64,000 nucleotides of DNA, taken from Nageia nagi (taxonomy: Eukaryota; Plantae; Pinophyta). The translations under genes were made by a program, and so were the position numbers. This document shows, in pieces, positions 12,718 through 25,485 of this stretch (positions are counted from its first letter, which is position 1; each line of letters starts with the position of its first letter). Location: NCBI GenBank assembly GCA_050084985.1, contig JBITNC010000001.1, forward strand, positions 164,858,001 to 164,922,000. Reading direction: 5' to 3'. The notes beneath the pieces were generated by a model, which worked only from the letters and a program-made list of their open reading frames with translations, did no database searches and was not told the origin of the DNA.

Positions 12718-14079
12718 CTAATGTCCCCTATATTGACCTAGGATAGGCACCAATCCTCCTAAACATCTTCACCTTTCCTTTGGAGGTTCATTTTTCTTTG
12801 AATCTCTTGTTTCAACTAAGGTTCACAAGCAATCCAAAGCAAAAGGGGTAAGAAAGAAGGTGAAAACAAGGCACACCAAGCTAATGCCATTCATGATCAT
12901 CATTGTCTACATCAAGGAGGTATAATCAAAAGCAATAATATCTTATTCTCCTTCTCACTTTGCAAATGTAGTCTTAAGTTTTCCCCCCACATCTCTAAAA
13001 TTAATTATTTAATAATAATTAATAAAAACCATTTATTTAGTTATCTAAATATAATTAATTAATAAGACAAAATATCAATAAATTCAAATTTCAATATTTC
13101 ATGTCAACTAATCTAAACATTATCTTCTTTTATAAGGTATAAATAGCCTTCTCAAGGCCATTTCAAAACATCTATATTCTTGATGATCAAACTACTCAAA
13201 TCCTTTGATGATCCACTCTCTTGGTGCTAAAATTGAATTTATAATTGCATAACATGGAGAATACTAAGTTGAATAATAAAAAATAATAAAAAACACAATA
13301 TCCAACCCAAAGTCCTCGCAAGATCCACAATATTCATTTTTGTAAAAAGTACCCAAAAACATTGTGTTTCCTCTTGTCATAAACACACAAGATTGATGTC
13401 CTTCCTATTTTTGAAGAATTTCACCTCCTTAAAAGTTGTTAGATCCTAATATGATTTAGAGGTCCATTTGAACATTCATTTCTCTTTTTGAACTCTCTAA
13501 TGTTATTAAAATGCAAGGATAAGTACATGAATAATTTTTTTTATCAAAATCATATGCAAAGTTCAAGATCTTTTCAAGTCAAAATAGAAGATTTTGAATC
13601 ATTACAAGTCAAACAAACCCTAAAGTCAAAGTTATGAGATAGTGGGATCGATTTCACAATTTTTAGTTTTTCAAAAAATCCAAGAATAGGATCGTTGTCC
13701 TTCCTATAAAGCAAGATAGGAATGTTGTGCCTCCTGTTTAAAAGATATTTTGACTCCCAAAAATTGCAATGGAATCCTAATTCAACTAGGGGCTTGTTTG
13801 GACATTAATTTATTTGTTTTAGGTACCAAATACCATTTTAAATTAATTATTTCATTTCTTGTTTGGTTTTGGATACTAATCCATGGGAAGGATCTTGATC
13901 ATCATTAAGGTTGATCATAAATCCCTAAAATTTTAAGATATACATTAAATCCCTACTAAAACATTAAAATTTTAGGTATCCATTTGGGAGTTTTTTAAAG
14001 TTTTTTTTCTAAAGGGGATAAACATAAAATCTGTCCCCCTATCTCCCCCACCTTCTTTAAAGTTTCAAGTATCCATTTG
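12718..14079 (+). mobile_element. Old LTR-like segment (left part of the host into which the CRM element inserted)
   Basis: Starts (C)TAATGTCCCC, like the TGTAATGTCCCC LTR start of gypsy elements. Non-coding, with TATAAATAG near 13138. Continues after TSD ATTTG at 25481. Confidence 0.4.
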
Positions 14080-14794
14080 TGATCCAAAATGGATCTGTAG
14101 GTTGATCTCTTCAAGAGTCGGAGCTATCCCAGAGGTTGTTGTGCTTGGAGATTAGTTGAATTTTGAAATCTAGTAGCCTGATCTCATAGGAAGGATAGCA
14201 TTGGCATTGTGCTGATAGAGGTTTTCAAGGCATCCACATCGAAGGTTTGGATTGAGTTTTGGAGAAAAATTGAAGGGATGAGGTTGTTTCAGAAGTTACA
14301 CCATTCTAAAGATGAACCATCATCAGTTGGCGATTCTAAATCTATTTGTAGCCATCTTCTTCATTGTTGAGGGTTTGGAAAAATATTGGAGAAGGTTTTG
14401 CAAGGGAGACCAAGAGTCATATTGTAAAAGTTTTCATTTTCTGTTGTAGTAAATTCTCTAATTGTGTAGGAGTGATGTAGAGGTCTATAGGAGGTGTAAT
14501 GATGTCGTTTTGATGGTATCTCCATTGTACATGTACATATTGTAATGCTCTATGAATAATATAAGAGAAGTGCTCCCATTCCATGCTGGATTAGACCACA
14601 CTGGGTGAACTAGGGTAAATCACTTTGTTAATTTTGTTGTGTGTGGATGAGATTGATTATATTCATTGTTATTTCAATATTCATTCAATTATCAATTTTA
14701 TATATACAATTTGATGGGTAGTATAGTGGTGTTATTTTCACTTCAAATCTGTGAGGATCCAAGTATGCTATAAGCATCTTATGATTACGGATCA
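14080..14794 (+). repeat. 5' LTR of CRM-like element
   Basis: TG...CA termini, followed by the PBS, colinear with 24758-25480 (about 85-88% identity by eye). Confidence 0.92.
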
Positions 14795-15195
14795 CGTGGT
14801 ATCATAGTGCAAGTTGTCAAAATTTCGAAGGGAGTTTCTATGGATTTTACAATGCCAACATCATACGAGCCTGTTTACAAAGCATCCACACTATGATTGT
14901 TGATGTTCAAAAGAAAATCTCAAAAGGTGAATTATTTCTTGAGGATCCTAATATTGGTAGATAGAGAAGAGCGATTGTTATGGAGCTGGTTGAGGAGAAA
15001 CAACCTAAGAGCGTTTGAACCATGTCAGATGTCAATTTCGAGAGGATATTTGTTGCAATGGAGAATCATTAGGCAATATTGATTGAGATCTTAGTTGGAG
15101 TTCATTCAAATAATAATAATTAGAGGCAACATCATAATGAAGAAGAAAAAGGACCTGATGTATCATCATCATCATCTCAATCCATTCCATTTAAG

Positions 15196-18100
15196 GTGGA
15201 GGCAAAGGTGGAGATCCCTACTTTTGGTGGAGAGGTTGATGCTGATAAATTAAACAATTGGCTAAAACAATTAGAGGTATACTTTCATATCCAAGGTGTT
15301 GTTGGTGATGTCAATAAAATCTCTTTTGCAAGATTGAAGATGAATGGACTTGCATTGATTTGGTGGGAGAGTCATGTTGAAACTCTTAAGCATGAAAACC
15401 AACCAGAAGTCTCTTTTTGGAAAGAATTCAAGAGGTTGTTGAAGGATTAGTTCTATCCATTTGGACATCATAACAAGCAATTGATGAAATAGAAATTCTT
15501 TAAACAACAAAGAGGGGGATCGGTTCAAGTATACACCACCAAATTTAGGAAGCAAGATACTTTTCCTAGGGTTTCACACAAAGATACTCAAACGTTGATG
15601 AAGTATATTGGAGGGTTGCATAGTCATTTGCAAAAGACTATCATCTTGTTCAATCCTTCAAATCTTGATCAAGTTTATGTTGAAGCACAATATTTGGAAG
15701 AAGGGTAAAGCAAGAAGACAATATGAAGGCTCCAAGAAGGTTTCAAGTTCAAAGGGGTAACAAGACAAAGGGAAATATCAAGAGAAAGGACAAGGTAAGC
15801 AAGATACTAAAACCACTAATACTTCAAAGAAAGAGGGTGATAATAGGCATCGCAATCATTATTATAAGGATGTTCATGTTGAACAGAAATGTTGGAAACT
15901 TCATCCAGAATTACATCCATACAAGAAGAGTAAGGAGAAGAAGAATGTTATGATAAATAGGTGTGAGGATGTTGAGAGACGTTTTGTTGTTGATGAGGAG
16001 ATTAATTGTTCAACCATTCAGAATGTTGGAGAAGGAAAAAATATTGAGGAACAAAGGAATCATTTATTTCACCTCAAGATCCAAATCAAGAAGATAAGAG
16101 TTGATTGCATCATTGATCTGGGTTCTCAAGAAAAATTGATTTTTGAGTCTATGGTGAGTAATTTGGGGTTGAAGACCTACAATCATCCTCATCCATATCA
16201 TTTGGGTTGGGTGTATAAAGATGCTAGTCTTAAAGTTACTAATCAATGTAAGTTGAAATTTTCTATTTATGGAAAGTAAATTGATGAAGTTGTGGTTGAT
16301 GTTGTTCCATTAGGTATTTGTGGTGTTATTATTGGTAATCCTTATTCGTGGGATAGAGATGCTCTTTATTACATAATATTGAGTAAGTATAAATTGATTA
16401 AGGATGGAAAGTTTTTCATGTTAGTGCTCATAACAACAACAAGAAGTTACCTTTGATCACCTTCAGTCAGGTAAAATGATTGAAAAATACCAGTAAGCTA
16501 TTTTTTTGTACTCATGATTAGGGTGAAAGAGTATGCATCTATTAAAATCACTATGTTCACATTATATAGTTCTAACTCTAGAGTGCCAACACCATGCAAC
16601 AAAGAGGAAGAGATGCAAAGATTGCTTTAGGACTTTGCTTAGGTATTTGCAGAGCCTAAGGGACTACCTCGTACATCAAATATATAACACAAGATTCAAT
16701 TGTTACCTGATGCTTCTTTTCCCAACATTGTTAGGATTCAATAATTTCATATAAACAAGAGCATCAATAATTCTCCTGCTCCTTGGCAAAAAAACAACAT
16801 TCAAGCATACTGAAATCAAACAACTATGAACATCAATCACACAATGAGAGACACAAGAGATAACGTGGTTCACCCAATGTAGGCTACATCCACGAGAAGC
16901 TTTCAACCCTTTTGCATAACATTCTTCCAAGTCCTCCAAGCAATAAACCAGCAGCACAACCTTGCTACAAGCTTCACTTTGGAGCTACAACAAAGCCTCA
17001 CTACAATCTCTCTCTCTTAGGCTATCTACATAAGCCACCAAACTACAATTACAAGCAACTCACAACTGCTGCTAAAACTACTTACAAACTTCAATCTATA
17101 TGCCTCAACTCAAGCCTCTTATTTATAAATACAAACAAACCCAACTTAAACCCAAGCTGGATTTGGAAGGTCATGAGGTTACCCCCAACCCTTCAGTAAC
17201 TCATATCCAAGTGTCATGGCTTCTTGGCAACTGAAATTTGGTGTCAAATGAGAAAAAAAACGCTCTTTGTTTTGGCCGGCTGGCTGGCTGGTTGGCCGGT
17301 TCTGATAGGGTCTGGTCGGTTGGCCGGCTGGCTGTAGTCTCCATTTTCAACAAACATAACATTATATAGGCAATTAGTTTTAGAGCAAGAGGATATTAAA
17401 AGGTAAATTCAAGAGTTGGTTGATCAAGGTGTTATTAAACCTAGTACATATCCATGTGGGTCACTTGTAGTTTTGGTCCCCAAGAAGGATCAAACTTGGA
17501 GGATGTGTATTGATTATAGAGTACTCAACAAAATCACCATCAAGAACCACTATCCATTACCTCAAATAGATGATCTTTTGGATCAGTTGCAAGGGGCAAG
17601 TTTATTCACCAAGATGGACCTAAGAAGTGGATATCATCAAGTTTAGATCAAGGAGGAGGACATTTGGAAGAACGCATTTAAGATAAGAACAGGCCTATTT
17701 GAGTGGCTTATTTTTTCATTTGGTTTGTGTAATACACCAACCATGTTTATGAGGGTAATGAATGAAGTTGTTCGTTCATTTATTGATTCATTTGTTGTTG
17801 TCTACTGGGATGATATTCTTGTGTATAGTTCTACTTGGGAGGAACATTTGGTATATCTTAGACAAATGCTCCAAAATTTACAAAAGGAGAAGTTTCTTTT
17901 GAATATGAAGAAGTTTGAGTTCGGTAAGCAATCTTTGGTTTTTTATGCCATGTTATTGGTTGTCGAAAGCTTAAAATAGAATGGCCTAGACCATCTAATG
18001 TCATTAAAGTAAGGAGTATTTAAGGTGGTGTTCAGTATTTGAAAAAAATTATTGTTAATTTCTCCCATATTGCTTCACCTTTACATGATGTTATCGGTAA

Positions 18101-19030
18101 GAGGAAAATTTTTCAATGGGGAAATAAACAATAGTCATATTTTAAGACTTTGAAGCAAAATATCGTTAGTGCACCTATTCTGGCACTTCATGATTTGAAA
18201 AGCCTTTCTAAATTGAGACTGATGTAAGTGATTATGTCATGGGGGTAGTTTTATTACAAGGAGGAAGTCCAATATGCTACCATTCCGAAAAGTTTTAAGG
18301 GGTAATTTTGAATTATCCTATGTATGATAAGGAGTTATATGCATTGGTTCAAGCAATAAATAAGTGGAAGCATTACTTGATGGATAATGAGACAATTATA
18401 CATATTGATCGTCAACCATTGAAGTATTTGCAAACACAATCGAAGTTGCAACAAACTAGGCATTTTAGATGGATGAATTTTCTACAACAATTTTACTTGA
18501 TCATCAAGTATAAGAAAGGTACCCAAAATAATATTGTTGATATGCTTTTAGACCACCTATTTCTACATTAATCACAATGTTCGCACTCCATTGTATTTTC
18601 CACAAGGCATCGACACCATGCACAAAGGTAAATATGGATTCCTTGATAGTCATAAAGTTTTGTCCTTTTATCTTTTAGGTGTATTCAAAAGCATATATGC
18701 ATGATCTTGATTTCGGATAAGTATATAAGAGGTTGGTTTCATCTAGACTAGATTATGAGGGCATGTATGATTTTCATTTAAAAGATGGACTTCCAATACC
18801 AACTCGTCCTTGGGAGTGTATCTCAATGGAATTTATGGGAGGATTGCCTACGTCAAAAAAGGGGCATGACTATTTGTTTGTTGTGGTGGATAGATTTAGC
18901 AAGATGTGTGTTTTAATCCTATTTAAGAAGAATATTATAGGACAAGCGACTGCAAACTTGTTCTTTTCTCATGTTTGGGTTCATTTTGGGTTGCCTAATT
19001 ATATTATTTCGGATAAGGGTAGTATATTTA
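15196..19030 (+). pseudogene. gag-pol of CRM-like element (gag, PR, RT, RH, partial INT), multiple stops and frameshifts
   Basis: ORF pieces 15196, 15950, 17416, 17725, 18308 and 18733 carry the recognisable domains. The integrase HHCC region is missing at ~18788 (HLKDG|LPIPTRPW). Confidence 0.9.
16729..17352 (-). mobile_element. Solo LTR (624 bp) inserted in the CRM pol
   Basis: TGTTAG...TTCAACA with TSD AACAT (16724-16728 and 17353-17357). Removing it restores the host frame PDASFPNI|TLYRQ. Carries the minus-strand LTR motif GTGGATGTAGCC...GGGTGAACCAC and TATAAATA. Confidence 0.92.
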
Positions 19031-21321
19031 TGTGACATCCCACTTACACATTTATAAATAAATATGGAGTCCAACAGATTCCCCATTTCTATTATGTTTT
19101 ATTATTGTTATTATGCTTTAAGTTAGGACTTGGGATAGAAGACTTAATGGGTCCATGGATCCCATTATGAGCCCCAAGTGGGACGTCTCCCTCCTAAGCA
19201 TAGATTAGGAGTTTTATTGTACTTGGAAATTGTGATCATGATTTTGGGAATCCCAAGGTGTATTTAGCACTTAGGTGGATGGATGAGCACTTATGTACAT
19301 GCTCCAGCCTTGGTGAGACTCCAATACCCCCATGTTGGCATTTATGGCTCTTGGATACCCAAGTTGGGCATGCTTGATCCCTAGGCTCCTATGTTGGACA
19401 TTCTAGGCCTCTAGGAGGCTAACGTTGGATTAGAGGAGTTGGGTATTGACTCCTAGGTGAGATCCAGATCTAGTAAAATGTTATAAAAGGCATTGGAGCC
19501 TCATAGTTGGATATACTTGATTATTATATTATTTGATATCATCGAGAGGAAAAGAGACTTAGTGTAATGTTAAGCAAATCATTAGGTGCAACATCTAGGA
19601 GGATTAGTAGGTTGAGGAATCATGTTAGTCTCGGTACTGGTGTAGCACCCTTGCCTATCCAATGGTATTCTGAGGTTACGCTTCTACCTTCAATGGTTTC
19701 CAAGATTTAAGGAGGGCTCCTTTGATCTAGAGGATTTAGGTTCTAAGGGAGCAAGACTGTTCCAACTATTTGTCCAACTTGAGGATATTCATTGTACCCT
19801 AGTTAGCTCCTTAGAGGCCAAGTTCTAGCTCTGGGAGCTTGGTATTGTATTGTTGTTCATTATTTATCATACATACATCTATTGGGCATTTGGATGTCAT
19901 GTTATATTGTACACTTGTCCATTATTGCAATGTTGTGGTTTGATTACTCATTCATGCATGTGTGAGCTAGACATTGGTATTGTGAGCTTGTAATAATTGA
20001 TATTAGTTAGTCTTGGCCAAATTTTGGCTAGTTTGTGTTGTGTATGCATAATTTGGATACCCTAGACCAAACATTGGGGTTTACTTGGTTGAATTTGCTA
20101 ATTTATACTTAAGTTTATAATTAGATCTTTACAATGGTATTAGAGCTTGGATCTAGCCAACCTATGAATGATACCTATAGTTCACTGCTATTACACTAGA
20201 TCCATCATTCGAAAGGAGATGGCATTTCCCAAGAAAAATGAAAAATTATAGGCAAGAGACACACCTTCTAAGGTCATCTAAGAGGAAGAGTGTCAATCAT
20301 GGATGAATGAGGTACCAAATGAAGGTGACTATGAAGTGGAGAATGATGCACCAGGAGGGATGTATGCATCGTCTAGGAGAAGAAGCCTTACTCTGACTTG
20401 GGAATCCACACCCGAACGTATGTTCAATGAGCTTATTTCATCCATTCATAGCATGACAAGAGCCATCATTACCATGCAAAGGTAGTTGAACAGACATGTG
20501 GGAGTTTGAGAGGATACAAAAAGGCATATTAGCCCCCACATCCTATCCCAGATGAAGGAGAAGAGTCGCATGAAGAGTACAAAGAAGATAAGGAGGTGAG
20601 TATGAGGAGATCCAATAATCTATGATATAAGGAATCCACTCATCACAAATCTATGGGTCATATAGAACCCACATTCCTAAGATCCTACTCACACGGAGCA
20701 CCATAGGGTACTAAACCTCTCCTAGGGAGGTACCTGGATGAGTACGTTGGCAAGATTAGGGAAAAACCCATTATCCGCAAGCTATTCAAACCCATATTCA
20801 CCAAGAAGTTAGGAGAAGAAGCAAAGAATAGGGTTCATGGTCCACTAGAGTTGAATCAAATTTTCAAGGAGTATTTTATGTTGGATCTGGGATTGAAGAG
20901 AGATATCAACTTCAACAACTACCTAAAGATCCTAGGGTTGAAGGGGAGCAGTACACACAACCCACACACTCCAAGAACCTCATGGGAAGATAAGAGAGAC
21001 CTATAGCAAAAAATAAATAAAAAGCAAATGCAAATGTATGATAGGAAGCGAATGACGGCTAAGTCATGGTTACATCAGCTGCAGACCTACTTCACCTTGA
21101 GATGAAATATGGTGGAGGAAGATGCAATTCATTTTGCATCATTACATTTTGAGGGTGATGCCCTCGAATAGTGGCAATATGGAGTAATAAGCCAAGATTA
21201 CTCACTCATTACCTCTTTTGATGAGTTTGCTAGATGGTTAGTAAATAGGTTTGATTGAAAGAAAGAGAATGACTACTTCTTAGATCTGACATCTTTGAGG
21301 CAATAGGGAGTAGTAGATGAG

Positions 21322-21412
21322 TTTGTATATGAGTTTTAGAAGATTGCAATCATGATTCACCATATGACTTTGTATTTGAGTTTTAGAAGATTGCAATCAT
21401 GATTCACCATAT
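21322..21412 (+). repeat. 47-bp tandem duplication within gag
   Basis: TTTGTATATGAGTTTTAGAAGATTGCAATCATGATTCACCATAT occurs twice with one mismatch. Confidence 0.9.
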
Positions 21413-22334
21413 TAAGGAGCAATTAATATTCCTCTTCATAAAGGGACTGATGGAGTTGTTTGAGGGAATGACCAATGTATCCTCACCTAGAAAGCTTGAT
21501 GATGCCATTTGGATTATATATGACCTAGATCCTACCATGAAATCCCTCAAGGAAGGGTGGATATACAAGGGTCCAACCACCCAAACTAGTTTTGTAGACA
21601 AGGAGGGGCCTACCAAGGCCAAACCCTTTCCCCATCTCAAACAAATTAATTGGATGCAGCCACTTGGAGAAAGTTGAGGGAGGAAGGCAAGTGCTTCTAC
21701 TGCAAGAAGGCTTGGGAGCTTGGGTACCATTGCCAAGGCAAGGGATACATTACATAGATGTATTTTTCGATGAGGACATTGATGATTGAGACCTAGATCT
21801 TGGCATGGACATGTTAGACCAGGAGGAACCTAGGGTAGAAGGCACTTTCAATAGTATGATCGCTTCACTTCATAGAGTGAAGAAGTACCTCACACTAAAG
21901 ATGGTGAGGCAATTTGGTGGATAAGATGTGATGGGATTGATTTATCCAATAACATCTCACAATTTCATCAATGAGAGATTTGTGGAAAAGAACTTAGAAT
22001 CCAAAGGGTATAAAGGATTCAGGTTTCCAATGCCAATGGGAAACTCACTCTTATGGACCCCATAATGGAGAGGTTTGGAGTGAGCCTACAGAGCTACACT
22101 ATAAGGGAGAAATTCTATATGTATCCCTTGAAGGGGTATCCTTAAATCCTTTTGCGAGTGTGGTGGCTGTTCGAGTTGGGTGACATCCATACCAACTACT
22201 AGAAACTCGCTATGAGTTTTGAGATCAATGGGAATACCCATACATTGCAAGGAATTCGTGATGATTTCCCACAAATAGATAACAAGTGGATGGAGGTGAT
22301 TGATTGGTGCCAATAGAAGAAGGAAGGTAAAAAT

Positions 22335-22915
22335 TGGACCACATTGGACATAGAGAGATTGTCATATGAGAAGAAAAGCAATAAGGAGCCCTTATACCCC
22401 ATGTTGCACATCAAGGAGGTTGGGCATGGGCCCTGGAGTTTGAGGGACCATTTGTTCACCACGTTGGGCTTCGAGGAAGCTTGTCATCCATCATTGAGCT
22501 TCATGGAGATTGTTTACTTAACGTTGGACTTGGGAGAGATTCTACCCCCACATGGAGTACTATGAAGATAGGAAGTGGGATGTTGAGCCTGAAGGAGTTC
22601 TATTATCCCAAGTTGGACTTGAGAGGGTTGCTACACCTCACATGGATGGTTGAGGGATGTTTGTACATGACGGTGAGCATGGTGAGATTGGGGTATCCCA
22701 CATTTTGTCTAAGGGGGATTTGGTACCCAATGATTGGATTAAGGGAATGTTGGCTCCCCACATTAGACTTAGGAAGGTCTATGTACTTGACACTAGTCCA
22801 GAGAGTAGCTTGGCATCCCATTTTGGGGAATGAGAAGGTTTCATGCTTCACATTGGCAATTGAGGGAGTTGGGGACTCCATGTTAGGATTTGAAGGGGCT
22901 TGGCCTCATACACAG
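22335..22915 (+). repeat. Degenerate 30-bp tandem array (~20 units) encoding a 10-aa repeat
   Basis: Core CCA(C/T)(A/G)TTGG-like at 22339, 22399, 22459, 22519, 22608, 22698, 22758, 22818, 22848 and 22878 (multiples of 30, with one 1-bp deletion near 22550). Translation: YYPKLDLRGL / WYPMIGLREC / WLPTLDLGRS / WHPILGNEKV. Confidence 0.85.
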
Positions 22916-24070
22916 AGGGAAGACTCCATTTGTTTTCACTTACTTATGATTTACTTGAGGTTCTTGAAGTTACATCTCCCTGGAGGCTTCCATACACTCC
23001 CCTATTTTTTGAGGAAAATCATAAAATAGCTGAAGAGGAGTGATAGTTGCAGCATATTAGAGTTTTTGCATGCATTATTGATGCATAAGAATATAGATAT
23101 AGCAATTTGTACAAGACCTTCATCATGGAGAGGAGATATTGAAGTTGCATTCTACCATGGTATATTGCAGTCTACAAGGTTGAAGGATTCTTGGAAGATA
23201 ATATGGTGTAGCCTTTCACCATTGCTTGAGGGCAAGCAATTCAAGAGGGGAGGTTTTATGACGTCCCCCTTGCACATTTATAATTAAATATGGAATCCAA
23301 CGAATTCCCCTTTTGTATTATATTTTATTATTGTTATTATGCTTTAAGTTAGGACTTGGGATAGAAGACTTAATGGGTCAATGAAAGCCACTATGAGCCC
23401 CAAGTGGGACATCTCCCTCCCAAGCATAGATTAAGAGTTTTATTGTACGTAGAAATCATGATCATGATTGTGGGAATCCCAAGGTCTTTTTAGCACTTAG
23501 GTGGATAGATTGGAACTTATGTACATGCGCCAACCTTGGGGAGACTCTTAGACCCCCACGTTGGTACTTGATGATTCCTAGGCCCCACACATGGTTCCTA
23601 GATCCACGTTAGGCATACATGGAACTTCAGACCTCCATGTTGGCATTTATGGCTTCTAGATACCCATGTTGGACATGCCTAATCCCTAGGATCATATGTT
23701 GGATATTCTGGGCACCCAAGAGGCTAACATTGGATTAGAGGACCTAGGTAATGACTCCTAGGTGAGATCCAAATCCAATGAAGTGTTATAAAAGGAATTG
23801 GATCCTCATAGCTAGATATACTTGATTATTATATTCTTTGATATCGTCCAAAGGATAAGAGACTTAACGCAACTTTAAATAAACCCCTAGGTGCAACATC
23901 TAGGAGGATTAGCAAGTTAAGGGATCTTATTAGTCTATGGTACTAGTGTGATCTTGTTAGTCTATGGTACTAGTGTAGCACCCTTTCCCATCTAGTGGTA
24001 TTCAAAGGTTGCGCTTCTGCCTTCAGTGGTTTCCAAGATCAGAGGAGGGCTCCTTCAATGGAGAGGATTT

Positions 24071-24690
24071 CATTAATAAAAATCCATTTAAGACTTGTTT
24101 TAGTTATTTTCCACTCTTGCCTTTTGATTGTGTGTTTGATAAACAAAAGGATAAAGGAGATTCACTTGTGAAGGAGGAAAACTAAGTTGAAGTATTTTGA
24201 AAATAATTAGGCAAATTCATTTGCAAGTTTAAGAGCAACTCAAGGCAAGCTAAGGTAAGTACAAGTTAAGGCATGACAAGCATAGAGTTGACCATAAGTT
24301 TCATGTGGGAGGTCATGTTTGGTTGAATCTCATCAAGGAGAGGTTGCAAGGACCATCCAAGAAGTTGAAACCTATAAGGTATGGATCATTTGAAATTATG
24401 GAGCAATTGAGTGAGAATGCTTTTAGATTGAATCTACCTGCATATATGATTATCTATTCGGTTGTGAATGTGGAGAACTTGAAATTATATGAGCCATTCG
24501 TGTTTACTAAAGATGATGTAGGTTCAAATCAAATTTTAGCATCTCTTGATGAATTAGCTTCCCATACTATGGATAAACTCAAGGAGGAATCAATATTACA
24601 AAAGATGATTCATGCTACAAGAAGGGGTGAGACTGAGCTATGGTTGGTTGTGCTAAAAGGACAAATGCCTAAAAAAGCTAATTGAGTGGA
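24071..24690 (+). pseudogene. 3' end of CRM integrase with chromodomain-like tail
   Basis: NPFKTCFSYFP; KKLKPIRYGSFEI...NAFRLNLP..IYSVVNVENLKLY (GPY/F region); ILQKMIHATRRGETELWLVVLKGQMPKKAN. Confidence 0.8.
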
Positions 24691-24757
24691 AGAGTTGTAT
24701 CCTCATATTTATTCTATAAGCATGTGTGGGACCAAATGCTTCCCTATTGGGGAGGTG

Positions 24758-25480
24758 TGATCATAAATGAATCTATAAGTTGATCTCTTCAAGAGCAGGA
24801 TCTATCCTAGATGTTGTTGTGCTTGGACATTAGTTGAAGTTTGAAATCAAGTGGCCTAATATCACAGGAAGGATAGTGCAAACATCATGCTGACAAAGAT
24901 TTTCAAGGAATCCACATTGTAGGTTTGGATTGAGTTTTGGCGAGAAATTGAAGGAATGAGGTTGTTTTGGAAGTTAGACCATTCTAGAGATGAACCATCA
25001 TCAATTGAAGATTCTGAATCCGTTTGTAGTTATCTAATTCATTATTGAGGGGTTGGAAAAAGTTTGGAGAAGGTTTTGCAAGGGAGACCAAGAGTCATCT
25101 TGTAAAATTGTTCATTCTCTATTGTAGTAGATTCTCTTATTATGTAGGAATGTTGCAAAGGTATGTAGGAGATGTATTGCTATCATTTTGATGGTATCTC
25201 CATTGTACATGTACATATTGTAATGCTATATGGAAAATATAAGATAAGTTCTCCCATTCCATGTTGGATTAGCCCACATTAGGTGAACTAGGGTAAATCA
25301 CTATGTTAATTTTGTTGTGTTTGTGGATGAAATTGATTATATTCATTGTTGTTTCAATATTCAGTCAATTATCAATTTTATATATGCAATCTGATAAGTA
25401 ACATAGTGGTGTTATTTTCATTTTTCAAATTTGTAAGTGAGGATATGAGTATACTATAAGCATCCAGTGATTACAGATCA
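24758..25480 (+). repeat. 3' LTR of CRM-like element
   Basis: Follows the PPT, ends GATCA, followed by TSD ATTTG. Confidence 0.92.
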
Positions 25481-25485
25481 ATTTG

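Larger units (their letters stand above)
19031..24070 (+). mobile_element. Nested non-autonomous Ty3/gypsy chromovirus (Reina-like): LTR-PBS-gag-protease-repeat array-PPT-LTR (3' LTR truncated)
   Basis: 5' LTR 19031-20133 (TGTGAC...TTACA), PBS TGGTATTAGAGC 20135-20146. gag WLHQLQTYF..EDAIHFASLHFEGDALE*W, knuckle REEGKCFYCKKAWELGYHC, protease ..SHNFINE. PPT AAGAGGGGAGG 23243-23253, 3' LTR 23257-~24070. No RT, RH or INT core. Confidence 0.88.
14080..25480 (+). mobile_element. Full-length but degenerate Ty3/gypsy chromovirus, CRM-like, with two nested insertions
   Basis: LTRs 14080-14794 and 24758-25480 (TGATC...GATCA). TSD ATTTG at 14075-14079 and 25481-25485. PBS TGGTATCATAGT 14797-14808, PPT GGGGAGG near 24749-24755. 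gag KVEAKVEIPTFGGE..NWLKQLEVYF, protease [24 protein letters not shown], RNase H YDKELYA, integrase PTRPWECISMEF. Confidence 0.93.

Noticed and set aside
18628-18678. Apparent GT-AG mini-intron in CRM pol
   Set aside because: Its 3' half translates as normal RH-INT linker (LIVIKFCPF..YSKAY). The extra sequence is a ~70-bp insertion that does not match the splice boundaries.
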